60,719 nucleotides of DNA, taken from IMG/VR virus record IMGVR_UViG_3300045988_085035. One strand, written 5' to 3'. The notes beneath the pieces were generated by a model. That model was not told the origin of the DNA and did not search any database. It was given only the letters and a program-made list of their open reading frames with translations. Positions 1-9,078 of the stretch are shown here, in pieces. The position numbers and the translations under genes were made by a program. Source of the stretch: a virus. How positions within the stretch are numbered: position 1 is the stretch's first letter; each line of letters begins with the position of its first letter.

Positions 1-40
1 AAAAAAAATACCAGGCGGGTTATACCTACCTGGTATTTTT
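1..40. terminator. Bidirectional intrinsic terminator between the last + strand gene and the 3' end of the integrase gene
   Basis: Read directly: A8-TACCAGG-13 nt loop-CCTGGTA-T5. The same sequence recurs at 60621-60660 because of the assembly overlap. Confidence 0.7.
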
Positions 41-41
41 G

Positions 42-1610
42 TTACTCTTTTAAGCTAACGGTTAAAATGAATGAGTTCTTGACCCATTTGAGTTCGACCG
101 TTCGCGCCAAAGTGGAACTTGATGCGCAGCAGGCGAACTCTGCGCCTGCTTTTGCATGTTGTATATCTGCGAGTGTAAGGATATCCAGATCATCTTTAAA
201 ATTGAATGCGATATCAATTTTATCATCATAGACAAAAATGGAATTGATAAATATATTTACAAGTCGTTTTTGAAAATTTCGGTCTTCAATGTCTTCGGAT
301 CTGAGACTTTTTAAGAAGAATTGAATTTCATTTTTGGTCAGATCAAAACCTCTTTCAAGCTCTGCACTTGCCAGAGCTTTTTCTAATGCTGTTTTCTGTG
401 CTTCCAGCTCCTGTACCCTATTAAGTATTGTGTCTGATACAATGCCCCGTTCTATCGTCTTTATAAGATTTTTAATGCCAGATTCTACTTCGGCAATTTT
501 ATTTTTCAATCCATTTACTTTTTCACCAGTGAAATTTGATTTTGCGTAAAACTCCAATGTTTTGTCCGCGATAAACTCCAGAATTGCATCATCTGCCAAC
601 AGGTCTTGCGCTTCTTTCAGCACCAGCGGCTCCAGCAGATCAGCTCGTATAGGTTTCTTTTTGCATCCTGTTTTCTTTCGCTGACTTAGGCAGTTGTAGT
701 AATTGTATTTCGTACCAAGTTTTCCATATCCAGAAGTACCGATCATTTCGGATCCGCAAAGTCCACAGTACAGCTTTCCGGTTAATAGAAAATCTGAATA
801 GTTCCAGCTAGAGTGAGGTTTGCGTTTGTTCACTTTTAACATCTCTTGAACTTTATAGAACGTGTCTTTATCTACGATTGCCGGGATAGCATCTTCGTCG
901 CGTATCAGGTCCTTGTACGTATATATTCCAATGTAACTTTCATTCTTTAAAATCGTTCGTAAGCTGCTTTTCGTGAAAGGTCTTCCATATCTGGTGCGAT
1001 GGCCTTCGGAATTTAGTTGCCGAATAATTTGAGCAGTGCTACATCCGGATGCGTATAGCGCATAGATTTCTTTGATAACAGGGGCTGTGGATTCGTCAAT
1101 CACATATTTTTTATCGACCGCCTTATACCCCAACGGGATGTTACCGCTCAGAACATTATGCTTCTTCGCTCCTTCGTACTGTCCCCTTCGGATATTTTGT
1201 GACAGCTGTAAACTGTAGTATTCTGCCATGCCCTCTAACACGCTTTCCAGAATCACGCCTTCAGGAGAGTCAGGAACATTTTCTGCGACGTATTCCACAC
1301 GCACATCATTCTTTTTACACCGATACTTATTGAACGTGATCTCTTCACGATTTCGTCCGAACCGGTCAACCTTCCAGAGGATAATAACCTGGAATTGTTT
1401 CTTTGCAGTGTCTGAAAGCATCTTTTGAAATTCTTCTCTGTTGTCTGTTCTGCCAGATACCGCGCGGTCAATATATTCATGTATGATCGTATACCCCTTT
1501 GCATCCGCATAGGTGTGCGCTGCGGATAGCTGTCCTTCAATTGACTGCTCACCCTGTGAATGCGAAGAGTATCTTGCATACACAACAGCTCTTATATTAG
1601 TATTGTCCAT
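42..1610 (-). CDS. Large serine recombinase (phage integrase)
   Basis: N-terminal resolvase motifs VVYARYSSHSQ and VDRFGRN, then a recombinase domain, a Cys-rich zinc ribbon (CGLCG...YYNC) and a coiled coil. Start moved from the ORF-track GTG at 1643 to the ATG at 1610 (MDNTNIR), which follows AAGGAGG. Confidence 0.9.
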   Translation of the reverse strand: MDNTNIRAVVYARYSSHSQGEQSIEGQLSAAHTYADAKGYTIIHEYIDRAVSGRTDNREEFQKMLSDTAKKQFQVIILWKVDRFGRNREEITFNKYRCKKNDVRVEYVAENVPDSPEGVILESVLEGMAEYYSLQLSQNIRRGQYEGAKKHNVLSGNIPLGYKAVDKKYVIDESTAPVIKEIYALYASGCSTAQIIRQLNSEGHRTRYGRPFTKSSLRTILKNESYIGIYTYKDLIRDEDAIPAIVDKDTFYKVQEMLKVNKRKPHSSWNYSDFLLTGKLYCGLCGSEMIGTSGYGKLGTKYNYYNCLSQRKKTGCKKKPIRADLLEPLVLKEAQDLLADDAILEFIADKTLEFYAKSNFTGEKVNGLKNKIAEVESGIKNLIKTIERGIVSDTILNRVQELEAQKTALEKALASAELERGFDLTKNEIQFFLKSLRSEDIEDRNFQKRLVNIFINSIFVYDDKIDIAFNFKDDLDILTLADIQHAKAGAEFACCASSSTLARTVELKWVKNSFILTVSLKE

Positions 1611-1679
1611 CTTACTCGTGTCCTCCTTCGTTCTGTGTAGCACTAAAATCCACGAATAACACCTTTCTCAGCCTCTTTA

Positions 1680-2009
1680 TTATGCGAGATACTGGCTCTG
1701 CTTCTTGTATTTATCGCTTGCAAGCAAGCCCTGAAGGAATCCGTCAATCTTTGCGCGATCAGACGCATCCAGCTTTGCATAGTCAGAGTCAAATCCTGCG
1801 AAATCTGATGGATCGTCAGTGCGTCCGAGCAGATAATCAGCAGATATGTGGAATGCATCTGCAATGGCTGCAACAGCCGTTGCGCGTGGTATAGTGCCTT
1901 TTACCTTCCAGCTTGATATAGTTCCTTTCTTCACTCCGATAAGTTCAGCAGTCTTGTCTGAACAGGGGTCAATCCCACGTTTTCTTGCATAAATGTTCGT
2001 AGCGTTCAT
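1680..2009 (-). CDS. XRE-family helix-turn-helix repressor (CI-like)
   Basis: HTH region SDKTAELIGVKKGTISSWKVKGTIP and ISADYLLGRTD are typical of HTH_XRE. Divergent from the early operon and adjacent to the integrase. The start is uncertain: the best SD sits 16 nt upstream. Confidence 0.8.
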   Translation of the reverse strand: MNATNIYARKRGIDPCSDKTAELIGVKKGTISSWKVKGTIPRATAVAAIADAFHISADYLLGRTDDPSDFAGFDSDYAKLDASDRAKIDGFLQGLLASDKYKKQSQYLA

Positions 2010-2037
2010 AAAAATCCATATAAATCCTCCTTATTAA

Positions 2038-2117
2038 GTTAAAAGAAATTGACTATACCCCCTTGACAAGTCAAAAAAAGTTGACTATAATGCAGTTATC
2101 AGTTAAATAAATTTGAC
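2038..2117 (+). promoter_or_regulatory. Early rightward promoter A (TTGACA 2063-2068, 17-nt spacer, TATAAT 2086-2091) flanked by two 16-bp operators
   Basis: Perfect sigma-70 type hexamers read directly. Operators are GTTAAAAGAAATTGAC (2038-2053) and GTTAAATAAATTTGAC (2102-2117). The same architecture occurs at 15056-15134 and 53929-54007. Confidence 0.75.
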
Positions 2118-2209
2118 AACAAAAAACCAAGCCTCTGAAATTTATAGGGTTTTCAGAAGTTTTAGTTTGGGGGTATTAAGATTGTTGGCACTTTCAATAT
2201 ACCATGTTA

Positions 2210-2225
2210 GTTAAATAAATTCAAC
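2210..2225 (+). promoter_or_regulatory. Third operator-like site in the early leader (GTTAAATAAATTCAAC)
   Basis: Matches 14 of 16 positions of the operator at 2102-2117. Lies about 40 nt upstream of the first early gene. Confidence 0.45.
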
Positions 2226-2263
2226 TGAAATATAAAATTTTTTAACTACTAGGAGGTGAAAGT

Positions 2264-2677
2264 ATGGAACCGATTGGGTTCAACGAGGACTGGACTGCAG
2301 ATGTCGTAAGACAGATGCACAAGTACCGAATCTCAAACCCACAGTTAGCCGCCGCGTGTGGCTACTCACCGGCTTATGTATCAACGGTTTTAAACCGGGC
2401 TGATGGCAGCACTGGTGAAGAAACTAAAAAATGCGTCATTGATTCTCTAAATTGGAGAATTGAAGTCGCAAAAGAGTTGAATAAACAGCAGCTCACAGAA
2501 TGTGAGCTTGTGAAAAAACTGGCAGATAAATACGATCGAGATCCCGAAGTATTTACTGCAGTTCTGGGCGGCTCACATCCGAGAAAGAGCTTAGACGGAA
2601 ACGAAGAAAGAGCACAGATCATGGATTTAATTCTGAAAGCTCTTAGTGAGGGACTGGAAAATGAAGACGAGAATTAA
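2264..2677 (+). CDS. Early protein with a putative HTH (Cro or antirepressor-like position)
   Basis: First gene after promoter A, with SD AGGAGG. The segment ISNPQLAAACGYSPAYVSTVLN looks like a helix-turn-helix. No family recognised. Confidence 0.4.
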   Translation: MEPIGFNEDWTADVVRQMHKYRISNPQLAAACGYSPAYVSTVLNRADGSTGEETKKCVIDSLNWRIEVAKELNKQQLTECELVKKLADKYDRDPEVFTAVLGGSHPRKSLDGNEERAQIMDLILKALSEGLENEDEN

Positions 2678-2816
2678 ACCGGAAGATATTCCGGAAGAAG
2701 CGGTAAAAGAGCTGTGCATGGCAATTCTTGACGCAGTAAAAAAGTTTTACAAAGATCCAAAGAATCGAAAAGCCTACGAAGAGTGGGAAGCGCAGAGAGC
2801 AAAAGCAAGTAATTAG
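2661..2816 (+). CDS. Small hypothetical protein (51 aa, below the ORF-track cutoff)
   Basis: Hand-translated as MKTRIKPEDIPEEAVKELCMAILDAVKKFYKDPKNRKAYEEWEAQRAKASN. Fills the gap between the neighbouring genes and overlaps the upstream stop by 17 nt. Confidence 0.3.
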   Translation: MKTRIKPEDIPEEAVKELCMAILDAVKKFYKDPKNRKAYEEWEAQRAKASN

Positions 2817-2828
2817 GAGGACAAATAA

Positions 2829-3266
2829 ATGTTTGAAATGAAAATTAATGTTGAAGTAACAGCTACAGAAATTGTAACTGCAATTAATAATTTAGCGAAA
2901 GCAATTGAAAAATTTGGTTCACCGGTAGTAACACCAGTTGTGACTAAAGCAGAGCCAGTACAGGCCGCACCTCAGCCAGTACCTGTTGCACCGGTACCAG
3001 CACCTCAGCCAGTACCTACAGCGGCACCGATGCCGGCACCAACTCCAGCACCTCAGCCAGTACAGCAGGCCGCACCGGAGCCACAGCAGAAAGCAATCAC
3101 AATTGATATGCTTGCCGCCGCAGGCGCTCCACTGGTAGATCAGGGAAAGATGCAGCAGTTAATGGCATTGCTTAATAAGTACGGTGTACAGGCAATCACA
3201 CAGCTCACACCAGATAAATACGATGCATTTGCCGCGGACCTGAGAGCAATCGGAGCACAGATTTAA
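2829..3266 (+). CDS. Hypothetical protein with a Pro/Ala/Gln-rich linker
   Basis: SD AGGAGG. Low-complexity PQPVPVAPVPAPQPVP core between two short folded ends. Confidence 0.5.
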   Translation: MFEMKINVEVTATEIVTAINNLAKAIEKFGSPVVTPVVTKAEPVQAAPQPVPVAPVPAPQPVPTAAPMPAPTPAPQPVQQAAPEPQQKAITIDMLAAAGAPLVDQGKMQQLMALLNKYGVQAITQLTPDKYDAFAADLRAIGAQI

Positions 3267-3285
3267 TCGGGAGGTGTACGGATAA

Positions 3286-4545
3286 ATGGGAACACCTACA
3301 CAACACGCAATGCTGTCTGCTTCCAGTTCGAGCCGATGGTTGATTTGTACAGCAGCACCAAGATTTGAAGCCAATTTTCCTGATGAAGAAAGTGAATACA
3401 CAAAAGAGGGAACATTGGCACATGAATTTTGTGAGATCACAGCTCAGTACAATTTCAATCAGGTTACGAAACGGAAAAGAACCAGTGTTGTTAAGAAACT
3501 GGAAAAAGACCCTCTGTATAAAGAGGAAATGATAAAGACTTCAGACTTCTATGCTCAGTACTTATTTGAGAAATCTTTAACTTTTCCTCAGAAGCCTTAT
3601 GTGGCATTAGAGGTTAGAGTAGATTTCTCGGAATACGTTCCAGACGGATTCGGAACTTGTGACTGCGTTATGATCGGCGGCGACACCTTACATATTACAG
3701 ACTACAAACACGGAAAAGGCGTACAGGTATCTGCTGAAAACAATTCTCAGATGCGATTGTATGCACTTGGAGCCTTAAAGCAGTACGCACCAATATTTGG
3801 GGATGCAATTAAAAACGTATCTATGGCGATTGTGCAGCCAAGAATCACAGAGGACATAAGCCACGAAACATTAACCGTTGAACAGTTAAAAGAGTGGGGA
3901 GAATGGTTAAAACCTATCGCTCAGAAAGCCTACAGCGGATTCGGAGAGTTTAAAGCTGGTACATGGTGCAGATTCTGTAAAGGTCGTGCAGTGTGCAAGG
4001 CAAGGGCGGAGAATTATACCGCACTGGAAGATTTCAAAGATGCTCTGATTGAGGGCAGAATGTCCGGTGATGATCTTGCAGAGTATCAGAGAGCCGAAGA
4101 TTTAGGCGCGGAAATCCCCGGAATGCTCAGTGATGAAGAAGTGGCGGACTTGCTGATCCGCGCGGCGAGTTTGGAGCAGTGGTACAAAGATCTGAAAGGT
4201 TACGCGCTTAGTGCGATTCTTTCAGGAAAAGTAATACCAGGATGGAAAGCAGTTGAGGGGAGAACGGATCGTGCTTTTTCCGATACGGACAAAGCCATTG
4301 AAGCCCTGAAAGCCGCGGGTTACGACGAAGCGGTGCTCTATAAGCCTAAAGAACCTCTTACACTGTCAGCATTGGAGAAACTGACTGGTAAAAAGAAATT
4401 CTCTGAGCTGGTAGGAGATTTGGTTGTAAAGCCTCAGGGCAAACCTACACTCGTGGAAAAGGACGATAAGAGGCCACCGTACAATGCGGCGATTGCAGAT
4501 TTCTCGGAGGTAGGTAGAAGTGGAGTCGACAAAAGTGCAACTTGA
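3286..4545 (+). CDS. DUF2800-type PD-(D/E)XK nuclease (Cas4/RecB-like, with a Cys cluster)
   Basis: ITDYKHGKG core motif and C-terminal CRFCKGRAVCKAR cluster. Sits in the classic DUF2800-DUF2815-PolA arrangement. Confidence 0.75.
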   Translation: MGTPTQHAMLSASSSSRWLICTAAPRFEANFPDEESEYTKEGTLAHEFCEITAQYNFNQVTKRKRTSVVKKLEKDPLYKEEMIKTSDFYAQYLFEKSLTFPQKPYVALEVRVDFSEYVPDGFGTCDCVMIGGDTLHITDYKHGKGVQVSAENNSQMRLYALGALKQYAPIFGDAIKNVSMAIVQPRITEDISHETLTVEQLKEWGEWLKPIAQKAYSGFGEFKAGTWCRFCKGRAVCKARAENYTALEDFKDALIEGRMSGDDLAEYQRAEDLGAEIPGMLSDEEVADLLIRAASLEQWYKDLKGYALSAILSGKVIPGWKAVEGRTDRAFSDTDKAIEALKAAGYDEAVLYKPKEPLTLSALEKLTGKKKFSELVGDLVVKPQGKPTLVEKDDKRPPYNAAIADFSEVGRSGVDKSAT

Positions 4546-4909
4546 ATTTGATAGATGCCACATGATTCTGAATCTTCCGAACTATCTTGATGATATGGGT
4601 ATCAGACAGATAAAGAGAGTGTTTGTGCTGATACACCGGTACAAGTATCAGAATGAACAGGCGATGTCGGATTTAGAGGATCACATGAAACGGCATTTAG
4701 AGGACTTGAAAGCCGATTGGAGCGAGAAGAGCATAATCTATCAGCGTGAATATCAAGATCATCAGTTTGCTTTGTCACCCAAAATAGCAGCAGAAATGAA
4801 AAGAAATAATAAACGTCGTGAAAATGCTTGCTGGGCCTGCAAGAAGAAATATGAAAGATTCCAGAAGGTCATAGGACACTGGGATGAAATTAAAAACAAG
4901 TATAAATAA
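4520..4909 (+). CDS. Hypothetical protein
   Basis: GTG start 8 nt after GGAGG. Charged helical protein, no recognised motif. Confidence 0.45.
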   Translation: MESTKVQLEFDRCHMILNLPNYLDDMGIRQIKRVFVLIHRYKYQNEQAMSDLEDHMKRHLEDLKADWSEKSIIYQREYQDHQFALSPKIAAEMKRNNKRRENACWACKKKYERFQKVIGHWDEIKNKYK

Positions 4910-4923
4910 AGGAGATTTAAAGT

Positions 4924-5586
4924 ATGTATCAGAATATTCCAACAAAAGTATTAACCGGAGAAGTAAGACTTTCTTATGCTCATTTAAGTGAGCCATATGC
5001 AAACCCGAATCAGGTAGGAGCAGAGCCAAAGTATTCCGTAACACTGCTGATTCCGAAAGCAGATGTGGCTACAAAAGCAGATATTGATGCATCTATGAAA
5101 GCTGCTTATGAGGCAGCAGTAGTAAACGACTGGAAAGGTGCCAGACCTCAGCTTAGAAACGCGCTTATCTACGACGGTGATGGACTGAGAAACGATGGTT
5201 CTAAGTTCGGGCCAGAGTGTGCAGGGCACTGGGTTATCACTGCCAGTTCAAAGATGAAACCTCAGGTTGTTGATATATCAAACATCAATTGCGAACTGGC
5301 ACCGCAGGACATTTATTCAGGCATGTATGCCCGCGTAACCATTAACTTCTTTGCATTCAATCGAAATGGAAATAAAGGTGTTGGATGCGGACTTGGAAAT
5401 GTGTTAAAAATGCGCGATGGTGAGCCTCTTTCCGGCGGAGCTTCTGCGGCATCTGATTTCGAGGGGCTTGGACAGTCTGTACAGAGTAATGAGTTTTCCG
5501 GTGTCACTCAGGGAGCTGCTGTTGGTCCGATGGGTGCAGGAGCTACACAGGTGCAGATCAATCCGATTACCGGACTTCCAATGTAA
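4924..5586 (+). CDS. DUF2815-family ssDNA-binding-like protein
   Basis: The N-terminus VLTGEVRLSYAHLSEPYANP...PKYSVTLLIPK is typical of DUF2815. Located between the DUF2800 gene and the DNA polymerase. Confidence 0.7.
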   Translation: MYQNIPTKVLTGEVRLSYAHLSEPYANPNQVGAEPKYSVTLLIPKADVATKADIDASMKAAYEAAVVNDWKGARPQLRNALIYDGDGLRNDGSKFGPECAGHWVITASSKMKPQVVDISNINCELAPQDIYSGMYARVTINFFAFNRNGNKGVGCGLGNVLKMRDGEPLSGGASAASDFEGLGQSVQSNEFSGVTQGAAVGPMGAGATQVQINPITGLPM

Positions 5587-5650
5587 TTACAACAGGGCGG
5601 TTGCGAAAGCATTAAATACCATCTGGTAGCCGCATTTTAAGGAGGCTAAT

Positions 5651-7642
5651 ATGCACCACTTATCAATTGACTTAGAAACGTACAGTTCTGTACCAATTAA
5701 GAAAACAGGTGCACAGAGATACATTGCAAGCCCAGACTTTGAGATTTTGTTATTTGCCTATTCACTGGACGATCAACCGGTGCAGGTTATAGACATGGCA
5801 ATGGGGGAACAGATACCGGAGTGGCTGATACAGGCACTATACAGCCCAGACTGCATAAAACACGCGTACAATGCGGCATTCGAGTTTGGGTGTTTATCTA
5901 AGGTTTATGGTCCACTTATACCGGCTCAATGGCGGGACACCATGTTGCACAGTTTGTATTGCGGATATGCGGCAAGTCTGGATGCAGCAGGTAAGGCAAT
6001 TGGTCTATCTGAAGATAAGCAAAAACTCAATACCGGTAAAGCCTTGATCCGTTATTTTTGTGTACCGTGTAAGCCAACAAAAAGTAATGGCGGGCGCACA
6101 AGGAACCTTCCGCACCATGATCCGGAGCGTTGGAAACTGTTTAAAGAATACAACGCACAGGATGTCGTTACGGAAATGACGATTGAGAACTGGCTTTCCA
6201 GTCGTCCAGTACCAGACTTTGTACAGAAGCAGTGGGAAACAGATCTCTGTATTAATCTTCGCGGCGTGGCGGTAGATATGCCATTTGTAGAGGGTGCATT
6301 GGTTATAGGCGCGCAGGTTAAAGCGGATCTTATACAGGAAGCAAAAAACATATCGCATTTAGACAATCCAAACAGCGTACAACAGCTCACAGCCTGGCTG
6401 AATAAAGAAGCATCTAACGGCATAGAGCTTACAGACCTCAGAAAAGATACAGTAAGTGAAATGCTGGAGCGTGATGATAATAGCCCAGATGTACAGAGAA
6501 TGCTGGCTATCAGGCAGGAGTTGGGGAAGACCAGTACAAAAAAATATGACGCAATCAAGACTTGCGTGTGTCCGGATGATCGTGTTCGAGGACTCTTACA
6601 GTTTTATGGAGCGAACCGGACAGGGCGTTGGGCGGGGCGATTGGTACAGGTGCAGAATCTGCCAAGAACCTACACGAACCCTATCGAGATTGCGCGAGAA
6701 CTGGTGACAGACAGGAGAACAAATGCGGTAAGGCTCATATATGGAAATGTGTCTGATACGCTCTCACAGCTTATCAGAACCGCTTTTGTAGCAAGTCCGG
6801 GCAATGTACTGATTGATGCCGATTTCTCAGCTATTGAGGCGCGTGTAATCTCATGGCTGGCGGGGGAGAAATGGAGACTGGATGTATTCAAATCTCATGG
6901 AAAAATCTATGAAGCCTCTGCATCCCAGATGTTCGGAGTTCCGATTGAACGGATTAAGAAAGGGAATCCCGAATATGCGCTCAGGGCAAAAGGGAAAGTT
7001 GCAGAGCTGGCACTGGGATATCAGGGAAGCGCGGGTGCATTAATTGCAATGGGCGCGCTAAACATGGGGCTTTCAGAGAATGAGCTTCCAGATATTGTAA
7101 ACCGATGGAGAACAGCAAACAGTCATATTCGTGATCTCTGGTATGAAATGGATGAAGCAGCAGTATCTGTTATTCAGAATGGTGGGTGCCAGAGAGTCAA
7201 GAACCTATGGTTAGCCAGAGAGTATGACTCTCATACTGGAACACACAGCTTTACGATCATGCTTCCGTCAGGAAGAAAGCTCTATTATAACAATCCTCAG
7301 ATTGGTGCGAATAGATGGGGGAATCCATCAATCACTTACATGGGGATCACAGAAAACAATAAATGGGGACGCATTGAAACATATGGCGGAAAACTGGTGG
7401 AGAATTGCGTACAGGCGATTGCAAGGGATTGTCTGGCAGAAGCAATTGAACGTCTGGAAGCCGCAGGGTTTCCAATTGTGTTCCATGTACATGATGAAGT
7501 AGTTATCGACATGAAGCCATTTGCTGACAACGAAGCCATGTTGGATAGAGTTGTACAGATCATGCGACAGCCTCCGGCATGGGGACAGGACATCCCTTTA
7601 AATGCGGATGGATGGGTTGGTGATTTCTTCACGAAAGATTAA
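5651..7642 (+). CDS. Family A DNA polymerase with 3'-5' exonuclease domain
   Basis: Exo I motif SIDLETYS; motif A DADFSAIEARV; motif B KGKVAELALGYQGS; motif C HVHDEVV. Confidence 0.9.
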   Translation: MHHLSIDLETYSSVPIKKTGAQRYIASPDFEILLFAYSLDDQPVQVIDMAMGEQIPEWLIQALYSPDCIKHAYNAAFEFGCLSKVYGPLIPAQWRDTMLHSLYCGYAASLDAAGKAIGLSEDKQKLNTGKALIRYFCVPCKPTKSNGGRTRNLPHHDPERWKLFKEYNAQDVVTEMTIENWLSSRPVPDFVQKQWETDLCINLRGVAVDMPFVEGALVIGAQVKADLIQEAKNISHLDNPNSVQQLTAWLNKEASNGIELTDLRKDTVSEMLERDDNSPDVQRMLAIRQELGKTSTKKYDAIKTCVCPDDRVRGLLQFYGANRTGRWAGRLVQVQNLPRTYTNPIEIARELVTDRRTNAVRLIYGNVSDTLSQLIRTAFVASPGNVLIDADFSAIEARVISWLAGEKWRLDVFKSHGKIYEASASQMFGVPIERIKKGNPEYALRAKGKVAELALGYQGSAGALIAMGALNMGLSENELPDIVNRWRTANSHIRDLWYEMDEAAVSVIQNGGCQRVKNLWLAREYDSHTGTHSFTIMLPSGRKLYYNNPQIGANRWGNPSITYMGITENNKWGRIETYGGKLVENCVQAIARDCLAEAIERLEAAGFPIVFHVHDEVVIDMKPFADNEAMLDRVVQIMRQPPAWGQDIPLNADGWVGDFFTKD

Positions 7643-7653
7643 GGAGAACAGAT

Positions 7654-7827
7654 ATGAGAAAGGTTATAAACATTATTGCAAAAGCATTGGCACTGGTAGC
7701 ATTTTTAGTAGGCACATATATGGCGTGCTTGCTTGATTCAGGAAACTGGATGGTTCCATTCACAATAATGTGCGTGTCCTTTACCTATCTGTTTTTATAT
7801 GCTTATGCAAAAGGATACATGTACTAA
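7654..7827 (+). CDS. Small membrane protein (57 aa, below the ORF-track cutoff)
   Basis: SD AAGGAG 7 nt upstream. Hand translation MRKVINIIAKALALVAFLVGTYMACLL...FTIMCVSFTYLFLYAYAKGYMY has two hydrophobic helices. Confidence 0.45.
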   Translation: MRKVINIIAKALALVAFLVGTYMACLLDSGNWMVPFTIMCVSFTYLFLYAYAKGYMY

Positions 7828-7985
7828 TGTTCAATATTAACTATGATGCTAAATATATGCTTTTGATTTTTGGCGCAATGTTCTTATTTGGTGCATTGTT
7901 CGGACCAAAAGAAAGAGAAAATTTCAGGTTTACAGTAGCATTTGTACTCACTGTACTGATGCTGCTGGCGATTAAATTCATATAA
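7827..7985 (+). CDS. Small membrane protein (52 aa)
   Basis: ATG overlaps the upstream TAA (TAATG). MFNINYDAKYMLLIFGAMFLFGALF...VAFVLTVLMLLAIKFI has two hydrophobic helices. The ORF-track start at 7770 lies inside the previous ORF. Confidence 0.4.
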   Translation: MFNINYDAKYMLLIFGAMFLFGALFGPKERENFRFTVAFVLTVLMLLAIKFI

Positions 7986-7999
7986 AAGGAGATATTAAA

Positions 8000-8185
8000 A
8001 TGTCTAATGCAGTAAAACACAAACAGAGAAGTCACTATTCATACAGAAACAATAACACAGCAGTACTTAGCGGGTTCGAGAGTAGAGCTACACGAAAAAA
8101 TGTGCAGATGCCGATCATACCGGGGTTCTTCTCAAGAATTGGTGATGGCATTAAAAAGATAGTTCATAGAACACAGGATAAATAG
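8000..8185 (+). CDS. Small basic hypothetical protein
   Basis: SD AAAGGAG upstream; 61 aa; no motif recognised. Confidence 0.4.
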   Translation: MSNAVKHKQRSHYSYRNNNTAVLSGFESRATRKNVQMPIIPGFFSRIGDGIKKIVHRTQDK

Positions 8186-8196
8186 GAGGGCAGGCA

Positions 8197-8511
8197 ATGG
8201 ATAGAGCAGAGTGCTTAAACAGAGCAAAAGAGTGTGTCTTGGGACAGCGAGAGCAGGATTATGGAAGCCCTGAAAACAATTTCCGAACTATTGCAGAATT
8301 TTGGAGCGCATACAAGGGCGTTGAATTTACAGCGGGTGATGTGGCTATGATGATGGCATTGCTTAAAGTGGCTCGTATCAGTACAGGTACCGGAACCTCC
8401 GACAGTTTTGTTGATCTGGCAGGGTACGCAGCATGTGCAGCAGAAATCGCTTCTACGGAGGCTATACACGCTATAAATAATTCAGACATGCATGAAATAA
8501 GACCGAGATAG
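8197..8511 (+). CDS. DUF6378-like phage protein
   Basis: ECVLGQREQDYGSPENNF...DVAMMMALLKVARI resembles the conserved core of small phage proteins annotated as DUF6378. Recalled from memory and not verified. Confidence 0.45.
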   Translation: MDRAECLNRAKECVLGQREQDYGSPENNFRTIAEFWSAYKGVEFTAGDVAMMMALLKVARISTGTGTSDSFVDLAGYAACAAEIASTEAIHAINNSDMHEIRPR

Positions 8512-8525
8512 GAAAGAGGATAATT

Positions 8526-9077
8526 ATGGGAAACAATACTTGGAAAGTAGTATTAATCGTGATCGCCGGAGTAATTGCTGTTGGTCTGATGACTGTAATT
8601 GGCATTCAGGGAACTCAGAATAAAGCGATTGCTTTAGAGGAGCAGGTAAACACAGCAAGTTCCGACATTAAGGTGCAGGAGAAGCGCCGAGTAGATCTGG
8701 TATATAACCTTGCAGATTGTGTCAAACAGTACGATAAGCACGAAGCCGAAACCCTTACAGCTATTGTGGAAAAACGAGGATCTACAGGTGATATTGAAAA
8801 CGTCACTACAGCGATTACAGCGGTATCAGAGGCTTATCCAGAACTGAAATCAGATGCAAATTATAAAGAGCTTATGAATGAGCTATCAACCACGGAAAAT
8901 CTGATTGCACAATATCGCAGTAATTACAATAAGCAGATTAAAGCATATAACCGGTATGTGAAAGGATTCCCAGTGAGAGCATTTTTAAATCTGTTGGGGT
9001 ATGAGAGACAGACCTACACATATCTGGATTATGATGCACCCTCAGATGCACCGCAAAAATTATTTAGTGAGGAATAA
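8526..9077 (+). CDS. LemA-family membrane protein
   Basis: N-terminal TM helix followed by LemA-like segments QEKRRVDLVYNLADCVKQY, YPELKSDANYKELMNEL and YNRYVKGFP. Confidence 0.8.
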   Translation: MGNNTWKVVLIVIAGVIAVGLMTVIGIQGTQNKAIALEEQVNTASSDIKVQEKRRVDLVYNLADCVKQYDKHEAETLTAIVEKRGSTGDIENVTTAITAVSEAYPELKSDANYKELMNELSTTENLIAQYRSNYNKQIKAYNRYVKGFPVRAFLNLLGYERQTYTYLDYDAPSDAPQKLFSEE

Positions 9078-9078
9078 A

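Noticed and set aside
1-99. Terminal direct repeats as attL/attR or phage terminal redundancy
   Set aside because: The repeat is exactly 99 nt, cuts through the 3' end of the integrase ORF, and no host DNA flanks it. A circular-assembly overlap is the simpler explanation.
1968-2019. 16-codon mini-ORF starting at the ATG at 2019 (- strand), with the best-placed SD in the repressor leader
   Set aside because: It is out of frame with the HTH ORF and too short to evaluate. It may be a leader peptide or coincidence. It was noted only because it makes the repressor start uncertain.
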